Shown one piece after another: positions 28,007-36,088 of a stretch of DNA of 64,000 bases. The DNA is from an uncultured bacterium (GTDB taxonomy: Bacteria; Fidelibacterota; UBA2242; JAFGTP01): positions 26,016 through 90,015 of the forward strand of contig CAZXFH010000004.1 of assembly GCA_964640055.1 (NCBI GenBank), in the 5' to 3' direction. The position numbers and the translations under genes were made by a program. The notes beneath the pieces are model-generated. The model did no database searches, had not been told where the DNA came from, and saw nothing but the letters and a program-made list of their open reading frames with translations. Each line of letters opens with the position of its first letter. The first letter of the stretch is position 1.

Positions 28007-29319
28007 GCACTAACCTCCTCAACAGGTACTTCATCCCGCACATCTATTTTACCGGTAACGGTGGCCGAAATCAAGGCCTGGCGGTATTCTTTTAAATGCT
28101 GTATGCTGTTTTCTATTTGAATAATTGTGTGATCAATCACCGCAGTCTTCCGGTCGAGGAAGGTGGCGATGGCGCGTTGTTCGGGGAGGGGAGGTAAAAT
28201 TACTGGAATACCTCCCATAACGCTTTGATTTAATTTGTCACGAGTTGAACCCCAGATATAATCTTTATAATTAACCACATTTAAATACGATTTAAGATAA
28301 TCAGTATCGATATTTTTATTAGGTAGAAGCACATGAACATGGTTATTTACCCATACTTTTCCAATCACCTTAAAAGCAACGTCTTTAAATTTCTCGAAAA
28401 AAGGGGCTCCATCTTCACCGAGCAGTATTAATTCATTATCGAATAAATAGTCATTGATATAATCTACAATTCCATTCGCACCCCAGTATGGGATGTTGCC
28501 TTTAATCTGTGATCGCTCCTCTGAATTAAGTGGGATACGCTTACTATCTAGACACTTTGTATAATATCTAAGTCTTGAGCGTTTCCAATAGCTTGGTATT
28601 TCCCCAATCCACTCAATTCCCGAGGATTTCATGGGCGCATCCGGGTCCAGGCCTTTGGTCACCGCTTTGGTGATCAGCGCCTGGCGCTTTTCCTTGAGCC
28701 GCGCGATGAGCTGCTCTTTCTTCTCAATCAGCTGGTCAATGGCGGCGGTCTTGCGGTCGAGGAAGGCAGCGATGGCGCGTTGTTCGGGGAGGGGAGGGAG
28801 AGAAATATCGATGCTTCGTACGTCATAAGTACTTAAACCATATCGGGTAATACCATTGGCTCTCAAACCAAATTCTTCTCGGTATTTTTTAGATTGAAGC
28901 AGTCTAAAAAGATAGCCTCCGAGTATTTCTCTTCCCTTGCATTTAATTAGTGATAAATGATAACCACATACTAGATTATCTTTGATCTCTTTTACCAATG
29001 CAGGAACTGCAATATCATCCGCTATTTCCGAATCCTTTGTGATGATAATGTCATCAAGTTCTAACTTAAACTTTTCTATCTGACTATTGGTAGCAGTCGC
29101 TTTCATAAATTCAATATCATTAGTAATGAACTCATTATAATAGACATCTGTATAATTGCATAAATCGACTTCTATTTCGTTTTCATCCGTTTTTTTATTC
29201 ACATTCGACGGATTTGTATTCGAAACAAATTTTAACTTTTTTATACTCCATTTTTCCGGTACTAATCCAATCCACTCAATTCCCGACTCTTTCAGTTCAT
29301 TTTGTTTACGGTAGCGCAT
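28003..29319 (-). CDS. hsdS: type I restriction-modification specificity subunit S (two TRDs)
   Basis: 438-aa ORF with a duplicated conserved region: LPPLPEQRAIAAFLDRKTAAIDQLI and LPPLPEQRAIATFLDRKTAVIDHTI. The N-terminal SGIEWIG motif is also duplicated. The AT-rich TRDs alternate with GC-rich conserved helices. Confidence 0.9.
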   Translation of the reverse strand: MRYRKQNELKESGIEWIGLVPEKWSIKKLKFVSNTNPSNVNKKTDENEIEVDLCNYTDVYYNEFITNDIEFMKATATNSQIEKFKLELDDIIITKDSEIADDIAVPALVKEIKDNLVCGYHLSLIKCKGREILGGYLFRLLQSKKYREEFGLRANGITRYGLSTYDVRSIDISLPPLPEQRAIAAFLDRKTAAIDQLIEKKEQLIARLKEKRQALITKAVTKGLDPDAPMKSSGIEWIGEIPSYWKRSRLRYYTKCLDSKRIPLNSEERSQIKGNIPYWGANGIVDYINDYLFDNELILLGEDGAPFFEKFKDVAFKVIGKVWVNNHVHVLLPNKNIDTDYLKSYLNVVNYKDYIWGSTRDKLNQSVMGGIPVILPPLPEQRAIATFLDRKTAVIDHTIIQIENSIQHLKEYRQALISATVTGKIDVRDEVPVEEVSA

Positions 29320-29473
29320 GTTAATATTGGGTTGCTTTTTTTGTCTGCACCATGATTTTCCCGATTGGCATGATTACCTGGTTTTTGGGTGATTTTGCTC
29401 TAGTTGTTAAAATCATGTAATATCCTAAATCATAGTGCAGACGATTTGCGGGTGAGTGGTAGCATATTAACAA

Positions 29474-31297
29474 TCATCCTACTATTTCTTCAAATTTTTC
29501 ATGGTTCCAAATCTTCTTACAAATTTCATAATACAATTGTTGCCGTTTTTTCATTTCATCTGATTTAAATGTTTCATACGGTTCAAATGGAAGGCCATAG
29601 TATTCTTTCATCTTTAAAAATCCTGGATTCTTTTCATAGCATAATGGATTTAGCGATTTCGCTAATAGATTTTGGCCAAAATAGTGTTCCCTTTTAATTC
29701 TATATTCTCTATCGCTGTAACTTTGGTTAAACTTACGCGGTAACAGGAGTAGGCCTCCGAAGTTATTCCGGAATTCACGGAACTCATACTCGTTATCAAA
29801 CTCATCAGTGTGTCGTTGGTACTTATCCGCCCATATATGCTCAATTTGGTATATATTTTTCTTTACATTTAAATATCCTGAAATATCAGAGGGCATATCC
29901 GATTCCGTCTCAATAAAATGGGTCATGCGTGCTAAAATATAGAACAAATACTTTTTCGTAAAATTATTCATCCTAACTGTTAGAATTCCATCAATTTGAT
30001 AGGGATTGGTTTTTATCCATTCTAACAATATATCAGCTAAATTTGAAATACTTTTATCTCGTAATCTTCTCCCTAATTGAAACATGCTATAATACATATC
30101 TGAATAGGAAACACTTTTGTAATTCACGACTCTCTGCATAAAATAATAGTCCATAAAATATGTAATTAATCTGATCTTGGTTTCAGTTGTGGACTGAGGA
30201 TCACTCGGGTCTAAGGAAGAAAGGACTAGTTGATATTGAAGGGTAAAATTATTGTTCGCATTGAAAAAGACTTTATCATATTTATCAGTCAATTCAATTG
30301 ACCATTGTCTCAAATTTTTGTACCAGCGTAGATAAAACTCATAATCCTGTTCAAGAAATCGTTCGAAATCTGCTGAACTATTCAACCCAATTTTGTTATT
30401 ATTATCTCTGATCCATTTGTGGTATCGAGCAATTTCCTCAAAATCTTTATTCTCCGCTCCGCGTTTCCTTTCTCTTATCGATTCCGCATATTTTGCACGA
30501 AACCAGGCACGGAAAAAATCCGAATCCTCTTCTTTTGAAAATTTTCGCAAGTCATGAATACTTATTTTCCAAGCCTCATTTAATCGATCACGAACACTTT
30601 CTTGCGAAATATTCGCCAACAGATATCCCTTAAGCATATCAGTTGAAGTAAGTTGCTGCCCACGATCATTCATCGTTTCAAATATCAGATATGCATCTTC
30701 ATCAGAATATGCGGTTATCTGCACGAGATCGACGTTATCCTTCAACCAATCAATAAAATATGGTAGTGCTCCATTCTTAATATCTTCCGGAAATTCTCGT
30801 TCAATATCCTGATATCGGTTCCAAATATTTTGATTGGACTCAGATTCATCAGAAACATCAAAATCATTTCCTTCATATATTGCTTTGATTACTTTTGTCC
30901 GGTCCTCGATGTCGATATTGAATGTTTTAGTTCCATATTTTTCAGAGAAGATTAAATCATTTATATCAACTTTCATGTCATGAGATTTCTGTAAATGGTT
31001 TAAATATATCAGCAGTAGAGTTAGAGAAGTCAATCGTTGCTGTCCATCAACAATATATTTTTGACCTCCTCGTTCACATACAATTATTGCCCCGAGATAG
31101 TAACGAGTATATTTCTCGACTGCGCTTCTCCCATCTCCTTTTTGATATGACTCAAAAAATTTGCCCGAAAAATCATCTAACAGTTCCTGAATATGCTTTT
31201 CTTCCCACCGATACTCTCGTTGGTAATAATCGATAGTATACTTCGTTTTGGTCAACAATTCACTAACCGTTTTCTCTTTGCCTTGGATTTTATACAT
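29474..31297 (-). CDS. DUF262-DUF1524 (GmrSD-like) putative modification-dependent nuclease
   Basis: 607-aa ORF. The N-terminus has YYQREYRWEEKHI and DGQQRLTSL (ParB-like DUF262 NTPase motifs). The C-terminus has QIEHIWADKY...LLLLPRKFNQS (His-Me/DUF1524-like). The DNA is markedly AT-rich. Confidence 0.8.
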   Translation of the reverse strand: MYKIQGKEKTVSELLTKTKYTIDYYQREYRWEEKHIQELLDDFSGKFFESYQKGDGRSAVEKYTRYYLGAIIVCERGGQKYIVDGQQRLTSLTLLLIYLNHLQKSHDMKVDINDLIFSEKYGTKTFNIDIEDRTKVIKAIYEGNDFDVSDESESNQNIWNRYQDIEREFPEDIKNGALPYFIDWLKDNVDLVQITAYSDEDAYLIFETMNDRGQQLTSTDMLKGYLLANISQESVRDRLNEAWKISIHDLRKFSKEEDSDFFRAWFRAKYAESIRERKRGAENKDFEEIARYHKWIRDNNNKIGLNSSADFERFLEQDYEFYLRWYKNLRQWSIELTDKYDKVFFNANNNFTLQYQLVLSSLDPSDPQSTTETKIRLITYFMDYYFMQRVVNYKSVSYSDMYYSMFQLGRRLRDKSISNLADILLEWIKTNPYQIDGILTVRMNNFTKKYLFYILARMTHFIETESDMPSDISGYLNVKKNIYQIEHIWADKYQRHTDEFDNEYEFREFRNNFGGLLLLPRKFNQSYSDREYRIKREHYFGQNLLAKSLNPLCYEKNPGFLKMKEYYGLPFEPYETFKSDEMKKRQQLYYEICKKIWNHEKFEEIVG

Positions 31298-31357
31298 AAA
31301 AAAACTCCTGATTCTTGACTTGGGACAGACTTGGGACGATGTTGTCCCCGGTTTAAT

Positions 31358-32926
31358 TCACAATTTTTCCAAATACTTTTTGCCGATCTCCGTAATGGTG
31401 TATTTCTGCTCCGGATGTCTCGGCGCGTCGGGATACAGATACTCAATCAGACCGTAATCCATAAGATTATTCACCATTCGGCGAAAATGGCCTGTTCGTT
31501 TTGTCAAACCCATCTCACGCAGCAATTCATTGAGCGAACTTGGACCGCTGTCCAGTGTTTGAAGAATTCCCGTTTCGGTAGGATTCAAGGAGTCCGGGAG
31601 AGCTTGGTCCCCAGCTTGGTCCCTAGCTTGGCCCCCAGCTTGGACCCCCACTCGAGCTTCCTCATGGATTGGGATGTGTGCAAGGAAGTAACTTGCCTTA
31701 TCATCCGTTTCAAAATGCGGTTCCGGAGATCCGTTGTTCTCCATTGCAGCGTAAATTTTCGGAAAGCCGGTTGCCCGTCCCTCTGTGAGACGCAGTTCCT
31801 TCAGAAATTCGCCAATACGACGATTTCTGTACGTTCTTGCTACTATGCGTCTCTCCTGGAGCTTCTTATTATCCACAGGGGGAAGGGGGCCCGGAAAACT
31901 CAACACTTCAATCTGATCTTGACGGATATTCACTTCTATGGGATCATGATGATCATAACTCCGGTGATAAACCGCATTGGCGATCACTTCTTCGATTGCA
32001 GCGTAGGGATAATTGTAGAATCTTTCTACCTCCGCTTGATTGGGAACTTTGCGCACCTGCTCGGCGATAACGTTAGTCTCGATATAATGCAGTGCATCTC
32101 TTAATTGATGGTGTATCGGCCCCGTGAAAGATTTTTCCGAGAACTCGTCGCCAACGTCATCACGATATACAACAACATCGATTTGTGCCCCAGGGAAAAA
32201 CTGTTCCGGATGTTCATTGAACATAAGCAATCCCACATTAACCGGCTGCAGATTCTCCTCTGCGCCCTTTGCAATCTTCATCCGCTGACACAGATCTTTG
32301 AATGCAATGGAATCCACTTCCTCATAAAGTTGGCTATCCACTTCCGACAGAAAGCTCTTCACAAGACTTTTGTCTATATCATCCAGTGAGGCTTGGTGGT
32401 TGACCCTGTCATCATAGGGTACATTGGCAGCAAGCTCATGTAATTGTTGTTTTTCCTCTCTATCCGCCTGCACCGTTGAACTATATCTTCTAATCCATTG
32501 TCTTCGTCCTGTCGATTTATCACCTAACGACACCGGTGCATCATAGGGACGGTTATCACCACCGGGACACCAAAGAACAAGGATATGTTCTCCTTGGTAT
32601 TCAGTGAAATGAGTTAGGGCATAATAATTTGGCAGAATCTTTTTGCTAAGTTGAATGAGATCTTTCTGGATAGAATCGAATTGATTGACATTTAAGCCTT
32701 CTGGGGGCAAAACAGGTTGCCCATCTTTATCCTCTTCTATCCCTATGATAATGTACCCACCGCCAAGGTTATTAATGTCATTTCCAAAAGCGCACATGGT
32801 GTGCATTACAGGCTGCGGATTCCATCCTCTTTTAAACTCTTTGCGCTCGTCTTCCACAATGGAGCCGGTTATCAATTCTTCGATATTTATGGGAAGTGCC
32901 ATGGTATTAGTCGGAAATAACCTCAC
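31358..32926 (-). CDS. AlbA_2 (Schlafen-like) + HATPase_c_4-like + C-terminal wHTH protein (divergent AAA / putative DNA-binding ATPase)
   Basis: 522-aa ORF with EDERKEFKRGWNP (AlbA_2), AIEEVIANAVYHRSY...IEVLSFPGPLPP and RNRRIGEFLKELRLTEGRATGFPKI. A C-terminal winged-helix-like segment follows. It overlaps the hsdM stop by 20 nt. Confidence 0.75.
   Translation of the reverse strand: MRLFPTNTMALPINIEELITGSIVEDERKEFKRGWNPQPVMHTMCAFGNDINNLGGGYIIIGIEEDKDGQPVLPPEGLNVNQFDSIQKDLIQLSKKILPNYYALTHFTEYQGEHILVLWCPGGDNRPYDAPVSLGDKSTGRRQWIRRYSSTVQADREEKQQLHELAANVPYDDRVNHQASLDDIDKSLVKSFLSEVDSQLYEEVDSIAFKDLCQRMKIAKGAEENLQPVNVGLLMFNEHPEQFFPGAQIDVVVYRDDVGDEFSEKSFTGPIHHQLRDALHYIETNVIAEQVRKVPNQAEVERFYNYPYAAIEEVIANAVYHRSYDHHDPIEVNIRQDQIEVLSFPGPLPPVDNKKLQERRIVARTYRNRRIGEFLKELRLTEGRATGFPKIYAAMENNGSPEPHFETDDKASYFLAHIPIHEEARVGVQAGGQARDQAGDQALPDSLNPTETGILQTLDSGPSSLNELLREMGLTKRTGHFRRMVNNLMDYGLIEYLYPDAPRHPEQKYTITEIGKKYLEKL
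31601..31648 (-). repeat. in-frame 12-bp tandem repeat x4 inside the AlbA_2-family gene
   Basis: Plus strand reads agcttggtcccc agcttggtccct agcttggccccc agcttggacccc. It encodes (V/G/R)(G/D)QA x4, i.e. VQAGGQARDQAGDQA, in the linker before the wHTH. Confidence 0.9.
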
Positions 32927-34949
32927 TGAGCAGTTCCTGAATCTCCGATTCCAGGGATTTTATTTCACCTTCAATCTCCTCGATGGGACGCGGCGGCTCA
33001 TAGGTATAGAAATGGCGGGTAAAGGGAATCTCGTAGCCCACACGCCCCACTTTACCATCCTTGTGGTCGCAATATTCGGGATCAATCCAGGCATCGGGTA
33101 CATGGGGCTTGACTTCCCGTTCAAAATAGACATAGACATCTTCATTCAGGGGCACATTCTCATAATCACGTAAATCCGTGTCCGGTTCGGGCTGGCCCTC
33201 TTTATCCCGCACGATATCGGCTTCCTCATCCTGCTCACCAATGGCGCGGACAACAGCATTGATCAGACTCTGCTTGGGTTTGTAATCCTGTTCCCGACAG
33301 CGCTCCTTGAAGTGTTCCAGGAAATCTTTCCGGTTGGTAAACAGTTCATCCTGCATGGCGTGCAGGATATTGAGAATGAGTTCCTGCTCCTGTTTCCCTG
33401 TGCTAATCTCCTGTTCCTTGGCTTCGGGGTTCTTCTTCCGACTTTTAGCCAGATTCTGGAATACACTTTCCGCTTGCAAGCGCTCGATCCGTTCCGGAAC
33501 AGCATGGAAGTTTAACCGCAGCGGCTGCTCTACTCTGAGCTTGCGGAAGCCGAGTTCTTCATTATCAAAAATCTTGACTTTTTCACCCTCGGTAAACCCG
33601 GAATAGAGCACGGCGATTTCCTGAATCTGTTCATCCGAGATCTCACGGCGCTTATCCCCTAAGCTTTTGCGCATGGGCACCCAGATATCCGTAGCGTCGA
33701 TCAATTGCACTTTGCCTTTCCGTGGGGCTGATTTCCGATTGGTCAAAAACCATATATAGGTGGCGATTCCGGTATTATAAAACAGTTGCTCCGGCAGGGC
33801 GATAATAGCTTCCAGCCAATCATTTTCCAGAATCCAGCGCCGGATCTCACTTTCACCGCTGCCGGCATCACCGGTGAAGAGAGGCGACCCGTTATGAATC
33901 ACAGCGATTCGACTGCCGCCGCCAGCCTCTTGCAGGGGTGCCCGATGGGCCAGCATATCCAGGGTAAACAGCAGTTGCCCGTCACTGCTGCGGGGTAATC
34001 CCGCTCCAAAGCGTCCGGCATAGCCCCTCTGATATTCATCCTCAACAGCCTGTTTATCGCGTTTCCAATCCTTGCCATAGGGTGGGTTGGCCAGGATATA
34101 ATTGAAGGTGTCACCGGTGTGCGCTGGATCCGCAAGCGTACTGCCCTGGAAGATATTCTCGGCATCGCCGCCACCACCGGTTTTCAGAAAGAAATCGCTC
34201 TTACAGACAGCATAGGTTTCAGGGTTCAGCTCCTGGCCATAGACGCGCACATCTGCCTGGGGGTTATAATCATGAATCTTTTGCTTGGTGATGCTGAGCA
34301 TGCCGCCTGTCCCGCAGGCTGGATCGTAAACCTTGATGACCTTACCGGCTTCGTGTAAGCCTTCGATATCAGGTGACAGCAGGATTTCCGCCATCAGATG
34401 AATCACTTCCCGCGGTGTAAAGTGTTCACCGGGATTTTCATTGGTGGCTTCATTGAATTTGCGGATCAATTCCTCAAAAATATAACCCATTTCCGTATTA
34501 CTAACCGCATCAGGGTGGAGGTCGATTTCGTTGAATCGCTTGAGTACCAGATATACCAACTTATGATCTTCCAGCTTGCGGATCGTGTTTTCAAAATCAA
34601 AGTTATAGAGCACTTCCCGCATATTCTCGGAAAAAGCATTGATATAGCGCATCAAATTATTGGCGATATGGTCAGGATCATTGAGCAATTTTTCGAAATC
34701 ATACCGGGAAGTATTATAAAATGCATAGCCCGCTGCCTGACGCAATAAATCGTCCAGATCATCTAGTTTGTCTTTATACTGATGATAGGTTTTCAGAACA
34801 TTTGCTTTGGTCGGTTTTAAAACACTATCGACCCGCCGGAGTACGGTAAAAGGTAAGATGACATCCTGGTATTTACCGCGTTTGAAGCTATCGCGGATTA
34901 AGTCGGCAATCGACCAGATAAAATTGACTTTGTTGCTGAAATTCTGCAT
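32907..34949 (-). CDS. hsdM: type I restriction-modification methyltransferase subunit M (N6-adenine)
   Basis: 680-aa ORF with HsdM_N-like FIWSIADLIRDSFKRGKYQDVILPFTVLRR, SAM motif VYDPACGTGGML, and catalytic ILANPPYG. Confidence 0.9.
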   Translation of the reverse strand: MQNFSNKVNFIWSIADLIRDSFKRGKYQDVILPFTVLRRVDSVLKPTKANVLKTYHQYKDKLDDLDDLLRQAAGYAFYNTSRYDFEKLLNDPDHIANNLMRYINAFSENMREVLYNFDFENTIRKLEDHKLVYLVLKRFNEIDLHPDAVSNTEMGYIFEELIRKFNEATNENPGEHFTPREVIHLMAEILLSPDIEGLHEAGKVIKVYDPACGTGGMLSITKQKIHDYNPQADVRVYGQELNPETYAVCKSDFFLKTGGGGDAENIFQGSTLADPAHTGDTFNYILANPPYGKDWKRDKQAVEDEYQRGYAGRFGAGLPRSSDGQLLFTLDMLAHRAPLQEAGGGSRIAVIHNGSPLFTGDAGSGESEIRRWILENDWLEAIIALPEQLFYNTGIATYIWFLTNRKSAPRKGKVQLIDATDIWVPMRKSLGDKRREISDEQIQEIAVLYSGFTEGEKVKIFDNEELGFRKLRVEQPLRLNFHAVPERIERLQAESVFQNLAKSRKKNPEAKEQEISTGKQEQELILNILHAMQDELFTNRKDFLEHFKERCREQDYKPKQSLINAVVRAIGEQDEEADIVRDKEGQPEPDTDLRDYENVPLNEDVYVYFEREVKPHVPDAWIDPEYCDHKDGKVGRVGYEIPFTRHFYTYEPPRPIEEIEGEIKSLESEIQELLSEVISD

Positions 34950-35106
34950 AACTACCTAATTGTTACAATTTAGAGCTAATACAAATATGGTCATCAGTGA
35001 AAATTTCCATCTTTAAATTCAATTTAGCCATATTTTCTTTATATCTAAATAGAATTTTAGCCTGTTTTTAAAATCCTGACAGGATAATGATCCTGTATTA
35101 GAGCGG

Positions 35107-35340
35107 ATTAACCCCCAGGAATCAGCAAGACAACGCAAGAACGAGAACGGTTTCAACCGTTTCCGGCAATAAAGCCCTTAAAAGGGCTCCGAGAGTTAGT
35201 TGCTATTATATACCCCCGGTTGAAACCGGGGGCTAATCCTAATCTTTTTTATATGTCATCCCTTTTTGTCGATTGGCGCAAGCGGAATGTCCTGTTTATT
35301 CCCCTTCTCTTCACAAGAGAAGGGGCTAGGGGATGAGTTC
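35107..35340 (+). repeat. right, complete copy (B) of the hairpin-dense repeat (164-bp core 35142..35305 plus an 11-bp-stem hairpin 35301..35325)
   Basis: The core equals copy A with 2 mismatches. It continues into ccccttctctt-cac-aagagaagggg and ggggatgagttc, which copy A lacks. Possible closing helix tcatccc(35255-35261)/gggatga(35330-35336). Confidence 0.85.
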
Positions 35341-35350
35341 CATCTTCCCG

Positions 35351-36088
35351 CTACTCCCGCAGGGCGGCTTTGGTGAACCGGTAAGCCGGGATATCCACAT
35401 TGAATGCAATAGATTCAATGATATATTCCGTACCTTCGCCCCGAGACAACATATCCTTGAAGACCATCTTTTTCGGATACCAGCGGTTTTGCTGGCGCAT
35501 GACTTCCTTAACCAGCGTGCTTTTCAGGAGCTTTCCGCTCTTGGCATACCGGTTTTCCTGCAAAGCGATCATCCGCTCCTGGTCGACCCACATCTTGCGG
35601 GAATGATAAGCAATATCCTCTTTTTTGGCGGTCAGCGCCAGCACCCAGCAGAGGCGGCCGTTCAGAGTGTCCTCACCCGCCACTTCCGCGCTATACATAT
35701 GCTCCAGTTTGGGATCTTCCATCAGGTCTTCATAGGAGAGGTCGGAGCCCATCACCGACTGGCGCAACATATGGCCGGCAATCCGGATGGTACGGTCGGT
35801 TTGGGGCGAATACATCCAGAGCTGGTCTGCCAGCTTCAGCATTTTGGTGCCGGCTTCCCGCGGTGGTGACAGGTATTCGGTAAAGGATTTTTCCGTACCC
35901 TGGATCCAGGATTTGGCGGTGATGGACCGGCTGGCACGCCGTCCGTGGATGATCATGGTGGTGGTTGCCACCATGTTCTCCGCCGAAAGATTCTGGTCGA
36001 TTTGCTGCAAGATCTCGCTCCCGGATGGAGCCTGCGCGATTCCAAGCAGGGGAATAAAAATGATAAGAGCTAACATTAACTGTTTCAT
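35351..36088 (-). CDS. LolA-like outer membrane lipoprotein-sorting protein family
   Basis: 245-aa ORF with signal peptide MKQLMLALIIFIPLLGIAQA. The SEILQQID...TMIIHGRRASRSITAKSW...LWMYSPQTDRTIRI pattern is recalled from the LolA_like family. ATGA overlap with the upstream permease. Confidence 0.6.
   Translation of the reverse strand: MKQLMLALIIFIPLLGIAQAPSGSEILQQIDQNLSAENMVATTTMIIHGRRASRSITAKSWIQGTEKSFTEYLSPPREAGTKMLKLADQLWMYSPQTDRTIRIAGHMLRQSVMGSDLSYEDLMEDPKLEHMYSAEVAGEDTLNGRLCWVLALTAKKEDIAYHSRKMWVDQERMIALQENRYAKSGKLLKSTLVKEVMRQQNRWYPKKMVFKDMLSRGEGTEYIIESIAFNVDIPAYRFTKAALRE

Larger units (their letters stand above)
24779..35305. other. direct-repeat-bounded type I restriction-modification island (5-gene operon, no recombinase)
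   Basis: The repeats start 10,363 bp apart. The hsdR stop is 25 nt inside repeat A. The hsdM start is about 190 nt from repeat B, across an AT-rich promoter-like spacer. Confidence 0.6.

Noticed and set aside
28003-29319. Phase-variable hsdS shufflon
   Set aside because: The internal repeats are direct, not inverted. There is no second or silent hsdS copy and no nearby recombinase.
31331-32104. 257-aa plus-strand ORF overlapping the AlbA_2-family gene
   Set aside because: It lies entirely antisense to a gene with recognisable domain motifs. Its translation includes the reverse reading of the 12-bp tandem repeat (LVPSLVPSLAPSL), so it is an artefact.
24779-35305. CRISPR array, integron attC or prophage att interpretation of the island repeats
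   Set aside because: There are only 2.5 copies, separated by 10 kb, not a short-spaced array. No cas, integron-integrase or phage genes are present, and there is no tRNA at either boundary.
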